In this document: positions 30,633-40,258 of the stretch, one piece after another
Layout of the letters: each line of letters begins with the position of its first letter
Numbering within the stretch: position 1 is the stretch's first letter
Assembly: GCA_964458325.1 (NCBI GenBank)
Contig: CAYWIM010000001.1
Coordinates: forward strand, 4,975 to 68,974
DNA: 64,000 nt
Reading direction: 5' to 3'
From: an uncultured Verrucomicrobiota bacterium
Lineage (GTDB): Bacteria > Verrucomicrobiota > Verrucomicrobiia > Limisphaerales > UBA1319
The notes under the pieces: model-generated
Database searches by the model: none
The model's input: only the letters and a program-made list of their open reading frames with translations
What the model was told of the DNA's origin: nothing
Translations under genes and position numbers: made by a program

Positions 30633-33600
30633 ATGAGCCGTTCCAACCACATCCGATCGATCGCGCTGCTGGTGGGGCTGTCGGCCGCCGGCCTGGCCTG
30701 GTGGCTCTCCACGCGCCCCCCGGGTAGCGACCGGCTGAACGCCGGCTCGGAACCCATCCGCACCGGATCCCAATTCGCCGCGGATTCCGCCGCATCGGCG
30801 AGCGCAGACGTTGCGTCGCGCCTGCTGACGCCGCCATCCATGGCCCATGCGCCGACGTCGGCCGTGCACGCGGCCGCCGGTCCGGATGCGGGGGCGGATC
30901 GTTACCGGATTCGGAACACAGCGCAGCCGCTGCGGGAGCTGGCGCGGCTGGAGACCGCCTTGCTGCTTCGGAACGCGTGGATTGATACGGCGGCGCCGGG
31001 ATCGGTGGACGTGCCGGCGCACCTGCGGGCCGGGGAAGGCGCCGCCAGCTACCTGGTCCAGGCTCGAGGCGCCATCGACGCCGCCTTCCGGCGGCAGCTG
31101 GATGAAGCCGGGGCTCGAATCGTCTCCTACATCCCGCACAATGCGTATCTGGTTCGCGTGGATGCCTCGGGCGCGCGCCGTCTATCGGGGATGGATCGGA
31201 CGCAAGCCGTGCTGCCGTTCGATCCGTATTACAAACTCGAGCCGGAGCTGTTGTCCTGGGCGGTGAACGGGCGTTCCCTGCCGGAAGCGACTCAGCTCGA
31301 GCTGGTGCTGTTCGAGGATGCGGCGGAGGCGGGGATGGCGGCGTTGCGCGACCTGGGAATCGAGCCAGGCGAACGGGTCCGGACGCCCTTCGGCCCGCGG
31401 GTGACGGTGGAGCCGCCGGTGGCGGGTTGGCTGGCGGTGGTCCGCCTGGACGCGGTGCAGACCGTCGAGGTCCGCCGCTCGCGCGCGTGGGCGAACGACT
31501 TGATTCGGCCGAGGCTGGGGATGGCGCCGGATCCGGCGGCCACCACGAACTATCTGGGCCTGACCGGGACCAACGTGCTGGTGAGCATCAACGATTCGGG
31601 CATTGACGCGGCGCATCCGGATCTGGCCGGCCGCGTGCGTGCGCCGAGTCCGGCCAGCCTGATCGACCGGGTCGGGCATGGGACTCACGTGGCGGGCACG
31701 ATTGCCGGCAGCGGCGCCCAGTCGGCGACCGTAACCAATGCGATCGGCTCGCCGACCAATGCGAACTTCCGGGGCATGGCGCCGGCGGCCACCCTGTTCA
31801 TCCTGCCGGTCGACCTGACGGCAGGCCCGCAGAGCTCGGACCCGTATCTGCAGGAATCCGCGGCACGGACGAACGCATTCATCTCGAACAACAGCTGGAA
31901 CTACACGGGGGTATTCGAATATGACTCCTCGGCGGCCAGCTACGACGCGGCGACGCGCGATGCGCTGCCTGGGGAGCCGGGATCGCAGCCGGTGCTGTTC
32001 GTCTGGGCGGCCGGCAATGAAGGGACGGGGAGTATGGATGGCAGCGGCGGGCAGCCGGATACGATCCTTTCTCCGGCGACCGCCAAGAACGTGATCACCG
32101 TGGGCGCGCTGGATCATTATCGGCAGATCACCAACGAAGTGGCTTCGACCGGGGCCGATGGCCTGACAAGCACGAATCAGCCGTTTCTGGCGAGCACGGA
32201 CAGCGCGACCCAAGTGGCGCCGTTTTCGGGCCGGGGCAACGTGGGCATCGGACTGGAGGGCGAGTTTGGCCGGTTCAAGCCTGACGTGGTCGCTCCGGGG
32301 GCGTTCGTGGTGTCGATGCGATCGAAGGATTACGCGCCGGATCCGGATCCGGAGGCGCCGCTGACGACTCGATACGAGAACCAGCAGGTGGCGCCGGCAG
32401 CGCTGGTCAACTATTACATCTTGGTTCCCGAGAACGCGAATCGGGTCGAGATCGGGCTGGAGTTGCCGGGGGGCGGTTCCAGCGCCCGCCCCGGTCTCCC
32501 TATTTTCGTGCGCCAGAATGATTTCGCGGGGCCGGACAACTACGACCTGATCGACATCGACCAAGTGACTTTATCGCCCGCCAACGGGCTTGAACCCGGC
32601 CACTGGTATTTCAGCGTAGGCAACTATGGGACGGACTGGGTGAACTATATCGCGGTCGTGACGGTGTGGGTGTCGCAGGGAGATGAGGGCCGGGACGCTG
32701 TGCTCGAGGAGATGGATGCCGGCCTGGCGCCGTATTATCGGTACAACTCCGGCACGAGCCAGGCGGCGCCTGCGGTTTCGGGGATGCTGGCGCTGATGAA
32801 GGAGTTTTTCGAGCAGCGTCTGCCCGCCAGCCTGCGCCACGCGAACAGCCCAGCCCTGATGAAGGCGCTGTTGATCAACGGATCCAGATCGACCGATCCC
32901 CGCTACGATCTCTCCCCGAAACAAACCCTGAATGCCCAAGGGTGGGGGGTTGTGAATCTGACGAACTCGCTTCCGGCGTCGGTGATGAGCGGCGGGGACG
33001 CGAGCCAGGCGCCCCTGCAGTATGTCGACCAGAGCCCGACCAACGCGGTGGCCACGGGCCAGAGCCGCGCCTGGCAGCTGGCGCTGACCTCCGACGCGCA
33101 GAACCTTCCGCTTCGGGTCACGCTGGTGTGGACCGATCCCCCCGGCAATCCGAGCGCGGGCATCAAGCTGGTCAACGACCTGGACCTGATGGTGTCCGAA
33201 GGGACGAATCGGATCTATTTCGGGAACGACATCGCGGTGGAGAGCGATTACAACCAGGCCTTCGACACGACGAACAGCCTTGTGCCTTCGGATTTCGTGA
33301 ACAACATCGAGAACGTCTTTGTGCGGGAGCCGCTGGCCACCAACTACACCATCCGCGTCCTCGGCCGCCGCGTCAACGTCAACGCCGTGACCGAGCATCC
33401 GGACGATGTTGTGCAGGATTTCGCGCTGGTGGTGTCGGTGGGCAACCTCGAGCTGACCAACGCATTCACCCTGGCGCCGATGGATGAGGAGTTCGAGCGG
33501 CATCCGCTGGTGAGCCTGACCAACGGCATTCCGCTGTTGGATCAGCGAGTCGGGGCGAACTCGCCGCTGATCGGCTGGCCCCTGGGCGCGACCAACCAGT

Positions 33601-36600
33601 GGAATTTCTATGTCTTCACCAACCTGGTGGATACCAACTCGGCTGTCGTGCTGACCAACGGGACCAACGTGGCGTTCATCACGTTCACCCCGCCGAACCT
33701 GTCCAGGCCGAGGCAGCGCGAGGCGGACATTGACCTTTACGTGTCGAAGAATCCGGCGCTGACCAACCTCGATGCGGGGGTGGTGGCCGCTGCCGACCGT
33801 GCCACGAAGCGCGGAGGCACCGAGGTGATCGCTTACACCAACGCCGCGCTGGGAGATATCTTTTACATCGGGGTGAAGTCCGAGGACCAGCAGGCCGCCG
33901 AATTCGACATGGTGGTTCTTTCCTCCGACCAGCCGTTCGATGAGGAGCAGGACGGCAACCGGATCCTGCATGGGATGCCGGTGAACGTCCCGATCCCGGA
34001 TGGCTCGCCCGACGAACCGAAAGCCGCGCTGATGTTCGCGGTGGGTCTGGTGCCGTTCGACATCGGGCGCGTCGTGGTGACCAACGTGATCGCGCATGAG
34101 AACCTGGGCGATCTGGTGGGCAATCTCAGCCATGACTCGTCGTATGTGATCCTGAACAACCACTCCCTCAATTCCGGCAACCTCGGGGGCACCAACGTCT
34201 TCATCTACGACGATGCCAACCAGGGGGATGTCTTTTTCAGCCAGCCCACCGACGGGCCGGGCAGCCTGGGCGATTTCATCGGCGGCAGCTCGGCGGGGGT
34301 TTGGATTCTGACCATGGTGGACGATGCGCTGACCGCGACCGGGATGGTGGCGAACCTCGAGATCCGCGTCGAGCCCAGCAGCGCGCTCGACGGCCTGCTC
34401 GGCACCGTCGAGGCGAACAGCTTCGATTACTACTACGTCGATGTCCCGGTCGAGGCCACCAACCTCACCGTCACGGTGTGGGACATGGATCCGTCGGCGC
34501 CGCTGGATGTCTACGTGCGGCGCGGCGATTACCCGACCTTGAACGACTACGACAAGAAGGCGGGGATCGAGCCGCCGACGGGGACGCTGGCCCTGGGCTT
34601 GCTGGACGCGCCGCCGCTGCGGCCCGGACGATACCACATCGGCGTTTTCAATCCCAATCCATTCCCGGTCACCTACCGGATCAACACCGAGCTCGAATAC
34701 AATCTGTCGGGCAACTTCCTCCAGACCTTCCAGCCCACCAACCTTCCGCCGGCTCTGGCGGACGACGCATTGACCCGGGTGACCAACACGGTCCCGGTGG
34801 ATCTGCAGATCGTCGACGTGCGAGTCGGGCTGCGCATCGATCATCCTCGAGTGTCGGATCTGAGCCTGCATCTGGTCAGCCCGGAGGGGACGCGGCTGCT
34901 GCTGGTGGAGAATCGAGGCCAACCGGATGGCGATTCCATCGGCGTCTCGACCACCAACGGGCTGCTGACCTACCTGACCTTGACCGAGAACACGAACCTG
35001 ACGACGATGCCCATCAAGTTCGGGCAGGCGCCATTCGTGAACACTCTCAACCGGCAGCTTCTATTCACGAACGATTGGGAGGGCGTGGCGCCGGGCGATT
35101 ACCTGGCCGGGGCCCTGGGGCTGGAGGGATGGGCGGTCCAGACCAATTCCGTCACGGTCGCCAGCGATCCGGCCGAGGCATTGCAGGGGACGAACGTGCT
35201 CGCGCTGGGCCGAGGGGCGATCGGCCGTTCGATCGCCGTGCAGCCGGGGCGGCTCTATGCGCTGGATTTCGCGCACCGGCGCGCGCCGCATCTGACCAAT
35301 CTGGTGGCCTGGTGGCTGGCGGAAGACAATGCCGAGGATGGGGCCGGCGATCTGGATGGGCGGTTCATCGGCCGATCGGTCTACCGGGCCGGGATGGCGG
35401 GCCGCGCGTTCGATTTCGATGGGATCAACGATCTGGTCAGCATCCCGCGGTCTTCGGTTCTGTCCAGCCGCAGCTTCACGCTCGAGGCGTGGATCCATCC
35501 CGACGACACCGATGTGCCGCGTCCGCTGATCGAGTTCAACGACGGCATCAACCGGGCGGGCCTGCATCTGTGGATCAACCTGGCTGCGGATCGGACCAAC
35601 GGCAGCCCGGGGGCGGTTCATCTGAACGTGCGGGACGCGGCCGGGGTGCCTCACATTCTGGTGACGCCGCCCGGCATTCTGATCTCGAACCAGTGGACGC
35701 ACGTGGCGGCGACATTCGACCAGGCGACCTTCCAGGCGGCGATTTACGTCAACGGCACCAACGCGCTGGCGGGGGGCGTCCCGGTAGTATTGCCGCTGAA
35801 CACGCCGCGGACGGCGGAGGCGCTCTGGCTGGGCTATCGTCCCGCCAGCAGCGCGGATGGGATGGCGGGGCGCCGATTTGCGGGCGGCATGGACGAAGTG
35901 GGTCTGTTCAACCGCGCCCTGACCGAGGCCGAGGTGGCCTCGATCGTCCAGGCAGGGCCCTCGGGCAAATGCGGCCTCGCCGCTCCGCCCGATGCCTGCC
36001 CGGTGAGCGGCACGGTTCTGATCCCCGGCTTGGCCACGAACACGTTTGCGGGCGGCGACCTGTGGGCGACCAACCGGCTCGAGTTCGTCGCCAACGGCAC
36101 TCGGGCCGACCTCGTCGTGTATGGAAACGAGTCTGGTTTGTGGCTGGATGGCTTCTGGCTGGAAGAGATCCAGAGCGACAGCTTCTATCTGCCCGAGGAA
36201 TCGATGACGGTGCTTCGCGATGAATACAGCCTGGGAGATTGGATCCTGGAGATCCGCGACACGCGAGCGGGGCCGGAGCCGGCCCAGGCGCCGCGGATCA
36301 TCGATTGGCGGCTGCAATTCATCCTGGCGACGCCCGGCCAGACTGCCGTGGGCCTGACCAACGGCCTGCCCTACACCGATGTCGTGAGCGGCTCGGAAAT
36401 CCGGTTCTTCTACGTGGACGTCCCGCGGGCGGCCCGGTTCGCCACGAACGAGCTGTCCGGCGCCGGCGATCTGATCCTGCTGGGCGATCGGCGAGGGCTG
36501 CCTTCGGGGGATCCGCTCTATGACGAGTATTACGTGGACCAGCTCGGCTTCGGCATGGGCGAGTATCTGCTGCTGAGCACGAACCGTCCGCCGAGCGCCC

Positions 36601-39317
36601 CGCTCCAGCCCGGGCAGCGCTATTACCTGGGCGTCCAGAACAGCAATCCCAACCAGACCAACGTCTTTACCATTCGCGTCACGTTCGACCAGGTGGACAT
36701 CTTCCTGCCGCAGGTTCCTGTGTTGACCAACGGCATCCCGGTGACCGCCACGATCACCAACGGCGCGGGGCTGAATTACTATCAGTACAACGTCTCGACG
36801 AACGCCGGCGCGGTTCTGTTCGAGCTGTTCCCGGTCAATGGCGACGCGAACCTGGTGGTGAGGAAGGGGGAGCTGGTTGCGGATCCGCTGCCGACGCTGA
36901 CCCGGAACGACTATCGCAGCATGAATCCGGGCACCAACACCGACCAGGTGATCGTCCTGACCAACTCGATCCCGGTTCCGCTTACGCCAGGGATTTGGTA
37001 TCTGGGCGTCGCCAACTTCGAGACGTTCCCGGTGACCTACCGGCTGATGGCCACCGAAACCCCCATGCCGCCCGTCCACATTATCACGCTCACCAATGCG
37101 ATCCCGCTGGATTATCGGGTCAACCCGGGGACGATCACGAATTTCTTCCATTTCCCGATCACGCGGACCAACGAGACCGCTCGGTTCCAGCTCTACAACT
37201 TGAGCGGTGCGGCCGATCTGCTGCTGGCATTCGAGCGGCTGCCGTATATCAACGATCGCGATGCGGGCGGGTTCCTGCCGGGCCGGCAGCCGGAGCTGAT
37301 CATCATCAGCACCAACCCGATTCCGCCGGTGGTGACGACGCCGATCCCGTTCAGCGGACCGCCCGTGGTGGTCAGCAACCAGCTCTGCCTGGCCTGGGAC
37401 ACGGTCCCCGGATTCAATTATGTGGTGGTGGGCCGGACGAACATCACCGATCCAGCCTGGGACACCGTCTCGCCTCTGCTCACCGCGGACCAGACCTCGA
37501 TGACGTTCTGCCTGGATATGCCCAGTCCATACAGCTTTTTCCTGGTGATCCAGACCACGTTCAACGGGATCAATCTGAGCCTGCCGCAGCTCAATGGGAA
37601 CTGGTATCTCGCGGTGGTGAACCGGGAAAGCGCGCCGATCGACTTCACGATTCGTGCGACGGTGGTTCCGCCGATGATCCAGCTGGAGAACGGCGTGGCG
37701 GTGGAGGGCAGGATGGAGGGGGGGCCGGACTGGCAGTACTTTACTTATGACGTCACGAGCGATGCCACGGCGGTCATGTTCGAGGCCGTGCCTGTCCTCG
37801 GAGACATTGGCCTGTATGCGCGCCGGGAATTGCCGGGCGAAACGGAGCCGTGGCCGACGACGGCGCAGTTCGATGTCGAGAGCAACCAGCCCCGAGCCAA
37901 TCCGGAGCAGATCATCCTGATGACGAATTCGGTTCCGGTCGCACTCGAGCCCGGCCGATGGCACCTGGGGGTCTACAATCCGAACAGCGCGCCCGTGGGC
38001 TTTTGGATCCGGGCGTCGGAATTCACGTTTCCGCTGCCTTCGATCCAGCCGCTGACGAATTTCGTGGCGGTCACCAACCAAATCTCGGTGGCATCCGAAC
38101 CGCAATACTACTCGTTTGCGGTGACGAGCAATGCGGTGCAGGTGTTGTTCGAGACCTTGGGCGCCGACGGGAACGTGGATCTGTATGTGCGCCGGGGCCT
38201 GCCATTGCCGGGGCCCGGCCTGGCCGATTACGCGGGCACCAACTCCGGCGCGGCCGCCGAGCAAATCCTGGTGCTGCCGGATTCGATCCCTGTGGCGCTT
38301 GCCCCCGGCCAATGGTACCTGGCGATCACGAACGCCGATGCGCAGTTGGTGAGCTACGCCGTTCGGGCTTCCGAAGTGACGGCGAATGTCATCACGATCA
38401 CCAACGGAGTTGATTTCACGGGCGTTGTGGGATCGCCGGGCGCGCCGGTCGAGTTCTATCACTTCCGGATCGCGGAGACGAATGCGGCTGCCGCATTCAC
38501 GTTGGAGGATCTGAGTGGGAATGCCGATCTGCTGCTGCGCCAGTGGGATTTCCCGTTCGGCACAAATTATCATCTGGGCAGCTTTGCGGCTTCGACGAAC
38601 GCGGAGGTCATGATTCTGCGGACGAATATCTGGATCCAATCCTATGCTGCCGATTCGATCCAGGGGTCTTGTCTGGAGTGGGGTTCGCTGGCGGGGATTG
38701 AGTATCAGGTTCAAGGGCGCACGAACCTGACCGATCCGGTTTGGGTCGATCTGTCGCCGCGGCTGACTGCGGGGGGGCCGATCACCCGCTACTGCGTCGA
38801 TCCGACCAACGGCTGCCAGTTCTTCCGGGTGGCCGAGCATTGGACCAATCGCCCGGTGCGCGTGCAACCCAATCTCAACGGGGATTGGTATCTGCTGGTG
38901 ACGCCGCAGGATACGGGTCCCATCCAATTCAAGCTGCGAGGGGTGGTCCGGCCGCCGATGGAATCGGTGGCTGGGGGCGCCCCGCTGACCGGCCAGGTGG
39001 TTTCCGCCGGCGGCTGGCGCTATTTCGAGTACGTGGCAGGCGGCGGCCTCGCCCAAGTGCGATTCGAGGCGGCGCCGGCGGCCGATGACATCCGGCTTTT
39101 CGTTCGGTATGGGACGCCCGGCTCGTTCGAGCCCTGGCCCTTGGAGACGCGGTTCGATTACATGAGCGACATGCCTGGGCCGGTCATGGAAGCCGTCCAG
39201 ATCGATTCCGATTCGGCGCCGGCGCCGCTGGCGTCGGGCCCGTGGTATCTGGGTGTGCAGTCCGTGGGGGCCCGCGACGCCACGTTCACCCTCGAGGTGG
39301 TCGAGACCGGCCCATGA
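30633..39317 (+). CDS. Giant secreted subtilisin-like (S8) serine protease with P-domain, LamG-like domain and multiple PPC-like repeats, 2894 aa
   Basis: Signal peptide and two I9-like propeptide segments. Triad motifs are NDSGID (D at 31593), HGTHVAG (H at 31677) and SGTSQAAP (S at 32757). Also a P-domain (RVSDLSLHLVSPEGTRLLLVENRG), LamG-like (FTLEAWIHPDD, GGMDEVGLFNRAL), and >=8 PPC-like units (Y-x-F-x-V ... GD-x-DLYVR ... WYL-x-V). Confidence 0.9.
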   Translation: MSRSNHIRSIALLVGLSAAGLAWWLSTRPPGSDRLNAGSEPIRTGSQFAADSAASASADVASRLLTPPSMAHAPTSAVHAAAGPDAGADRYRIRNTAQPLRELARLETALLLRNAWIDTAAPGSVDVPAHLRAGEGAASYLVQARGAIDAAFRRQLDEAGARIVSYIPHNAYLVRVDASGARRLSGMDRTQAVLPFDPYYKLEPELLSWAVNGRSLPEATQLELVLFEDAAEAGMAALRDLGIEPGERVRTPFGPRVTVEPPVAGWLAVVRLDAVQTVEVRRSRAWANDLIRPRLGMAPDPAATTNYLGLTGTNVLVSINDSGIDAAHPDLAGRVRAPSPASLIDRVGHGTHVAGTIAGSGAQSATVTNAIGSPTNANFRGMAPAATLFILPVDLTAGPQSSDPYLQESAARTNAFISNNSWNYTGVFEYDSSAASYDAATRDALPGEPGSQPVLFVWAAGNEGTGSMDGSGGQPDTILSPATAKNVITVGALDHYRQITNEVASTGADGLTSTNQPFLASTDSATQVAPFSGRGNVGIGLEGEFGRFKPDVVAPGAFVVSMRSKDYAPDPDPEAPLTTRYENQQVAPAALVNYYILVPENANRVEIGLELPGGGSSARPGLPIFVRQNDFAGPDNYDLIDIDQVTLSPANGLEPGHWYFSVGNYGTDWVNYIAVVTVWVSQGDEGRDAVLEEMDAGLAPYYRYNSGTSQAAPAVSGMLALMKEFFEQRLPASLRHANSPALMKALLINGSRSTDPRYDLSPKQTLNAQGWGVVNLTNSLPASVMSGGDASQAPLQYVDQSPTNAVATGQSRAWQLALTSDAQNLPLRVTLVWTDPPGNPSAGIKLVNDLDLMVSEGTNRIYFGNDIAVESDYNQAFDTTNSLVPSDFVNNIENVFVREPLATNYTIRVLGRRVNVNAVTEHPDDVVQDFALVVSVGNLELTNAFTLAPMDEEFERHPLVSLTNGIPLLDQRVGANSPLIGWPLGATNQWNFYVFTNLVDTNSAVVLTNGTNVAFITFTPPNLSRPRQREADIDLYVSKNPALTNLDAGVVAAADRATKRGGTEVIAYTNAALGDIFYIGVKSEDQQAAEFDMVVLSSDQPFDEEQDGNRILHGMPVNVPIPDGSPDEPKAALMFAVGLVPFDIGRVVVTNVIAHENLGDLVGNLSHDSSYVILNNHSLNSGNLGGTNVFIYDDANQGDVFFSQPTDGPGSLGDFIGGSSAGVWILTMVDDALTATGMVANLEIRVEPSSALDGLLGTVEANSFDYYYVDVPVEATNLTVTVWDMDPSAPLDVYVRRGDYPTLNDYDKKAGIEPPTGTLALGLLDAPPLRPGRYHIGVFNPNPFPVTYRINTELEYNLSGNFLQTFQPTNLPPALADDALTRVTNTVPVDLQIVDVRVGLRIDHPRVSDLSLHLVSPEGTRLLLVENRGQPDGDSIGVSTTNGLLTYLTLTENTNLTTMPIKFGQAPFVNTLNRQLLFTNDWEGVAPGDYLAGALGLEGWAVQTNSVTVASDPAEALQGTNVLALGRGAIGRSIAVQPGRLYALDFAHRRAPHLTNLVAWWLAEDNAEDGAGDLDGRFIGRSVYRAGMAGRAFDFDGINDLVSIPRSSVLSSRSFTLEAWIHPDDTDVPRPLIEFNDGINRAGLHLWINLAADRTNGSPGAVHLNVRDAAGVPHILVTPPGILISNQWTHVAATFDQATFQAAIYVNGTNALAGGVPVVLPLNTPRTAEALWLGYRPASSADGMAGRRFAGGMDEVGLFNRALTEAEVASIVQAGPSGKCGLAAPPDACPVSGTVLIPGLATNTFAGGDLWATNRLEFVANGTRADLVVYGNESGLWLDGFWLEEIQSDSFYLPEESMTVLRDEYSLGDWILEIRDTRAGPEPAQAPRIIDWRLQFILATPGQTAVGLTNGLPYTDVVSGSEIRFFYVDVPRAARFATNELSGAGDLILLGDRRGLPSGDPLYDEYYVDQLGFGMGEYLLLSTNRPPSAPLQPGQRYYLGVQNSNPNQTNVFTIRVTFDQVDIFLPQVPVLTNGIPVTATITNGAGLNYYQYNVSTNAGAVLFELFPVNGDANLVVRKGELVADPLPTLTRNDYRSMNPGTNTDQVIVLTNSIPVPLTPGIWYLGVANFETFPVTYRLMATETPMPPVHIITLTNAIPLDYRVNPGTITNFFHFPITRTNETARFQLYNLSGAADLLLAFERLPYINDRDAGGFLPGRQPELIIISTNPIPPVVTTPIPFSGPPVVVSNQLCLAWDTVPGFNYVVVGRTNITDPAWDTVSPLLTADQTSMTFCLDMPSPYSFFLVIQTTFNGINLSLPQLNGNWYLAVVNRESAPIDFTIRATVVPPMIQLENGVAVEGRMEGGPDWQYFTYDVTSDATAVMFEAVPVLGDIGLYARRELPGETEPWPTTAQFDVESNQPRANPEQIILMTNSVPVALEPGRWHLGVYNPNSAPVGFWIRASEFTFPLPSIQPLTNFVAVTNQISVASEPQYYSFAVTSNAVQVLFETLGADGNVDLYVRRGLPLPGPGLADYAGTNSGAAAEQILVLPDSIPVALAPGQWYLAITNADAQLVSYAVRASEVTANVITITNGVDFTGVVGSPGAPVEFYHFRIAETNAAAAFTLEDLSGNADLLLRQWDFPFGTNYHLGSFAASTNAEVMILRTNIWIQSYAADSIQGSCLEWGSLAGIEYQVQGRTNLTDPVWVDLSPRLTAGGPITRYCVDPTNGCQFFRVAEHWTNRPVRVQPNLNGDWYLLVTPQDTGPIQFKLRGVVRPPMESVAGGAPLTGQVVSAGGWRYFEYVAGGGLAQVRFEAAPAADDIRLFVRYGTPGSFEPWPLETRFDYMSDMPGPVMEAVQIDSDSAPAPLASGPWYLGVQSVGARDATFTLEVVETGP

Positions 39318-40252
39318 CCCGGATTTTGGTTCTCGCCCTCAACCCCGCCGTCGATGTCGAGTGGACGGTATCGGGCGTGGGCTGGGATGAGAAGAACACG
39401 ATCGAAGCCGAACGCCGCTGGGCGGGAGGCAAAGGAGTCAACGTTGCGCGGTGGCTGCGGGCGGCGGGCGTCTCCGCCGAGCTGCTGGTTCCGATGGGCG
39501 GGTCTTCCGGGCGGGAGCTGGGGCGGCACCTGCGGGCCGAAGGCCTCCCGTTTCGGCCCTTCCGGCTGAGCCAGGAGACGCGGATCGATTACATCGTTAC
39601 GACACCGACAGGCCGCCAGCTCCGATTCAATCCGCGCGGGCCGGTCATTCGGCCGGAAGAACAGCGCGCATTGTTCGAGAGGATCGAGCGCCGGTTTCCG
39701 CGCCGGGGGATCGTGGTGTTGTCGGGCAGCCTGCCGCGCGGTCTTCCCGCAACGGTCTATGGGGAGCTGGCCGGGCGCGCCCGGGAACGGGGAGGGATGG
39801 CGCTGGTGGACAGCGACGGTCCGGTATTTGCGGCGGCGGTGAAGGCGCGTCCATTTCTGCTCAAGCCCAACGAGCACGAGCTGCGGCAGTGGGCGGGAGG
39901 GAGGGTGGGGACGGAATCGGCGCTGCGGGGGGCGGCGGCGGAGCTTTCGGCGGCGACGGGCGGGTGGGTTCTGCTAACGCGAGGACCGCGGCCCGCGTGG
40001 CTGATCCACCACGATGTGGATCGGTGGTGGACCGCGGCGCCGCCTCCGGTTCGAATCCAAAACAGCGTGGGGGCGGGGGATGCGGTATTGGCGTCGGTTG
40101 CGGCTCAGATCGCACAGGGGAACGGACCGGCCGAGTGGCTTCGCTGGGGGATGGCGGCGGGGGCGGTGGCGGCTCAGAGGCCGGGCGGGCATAGGCCCTC
40201 CTGGTCGGAGGTGGCTCGGCTTGCCGGACGGGTCCGCGCGGTCGGGAGATGA
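39314..40252 (+). CDS. PfkB-family sugar kinase (1-phosphofructokinase/tagatose-6-P kinase-like)
   Basis: MTRILVLALNPAVDVEW, GGKGVNVA, and C-terminal NSVGAGDAVLA (the ribokinase/PfkB signature). ATG 39314 overlaps the protease stop as ATGA. Confidence 0.85.
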   Translation: MTRILVLALNPAVDVEWTVSGVGWDEKNTIEAERRWAGGKGVNVARWLRAAGVSAELLVPMGGSSGRELGRHLRAEGLPFRPFRLSQETRIDYIVTTPTGRQLRFNPRGPVIRPEEQRALFERIERRFPRRGIVVLSGSLPRGLPATVYGELAGRARERGGMALVDSDGPVFAAAVKARPFLLKPNEHELRQWAGGRVGTESALRGAAAELSAATGGWVLLTRGPRPAWLIHHDVDRWWTAAPPPVRIQNSVGAGDAVLASVAAQIAQGNGPAEWLRWGMAAGAVAAQRPGGHRPSWSEVARLAGRVRAVGR

Positions 40253-40258
40253 CGGTGT

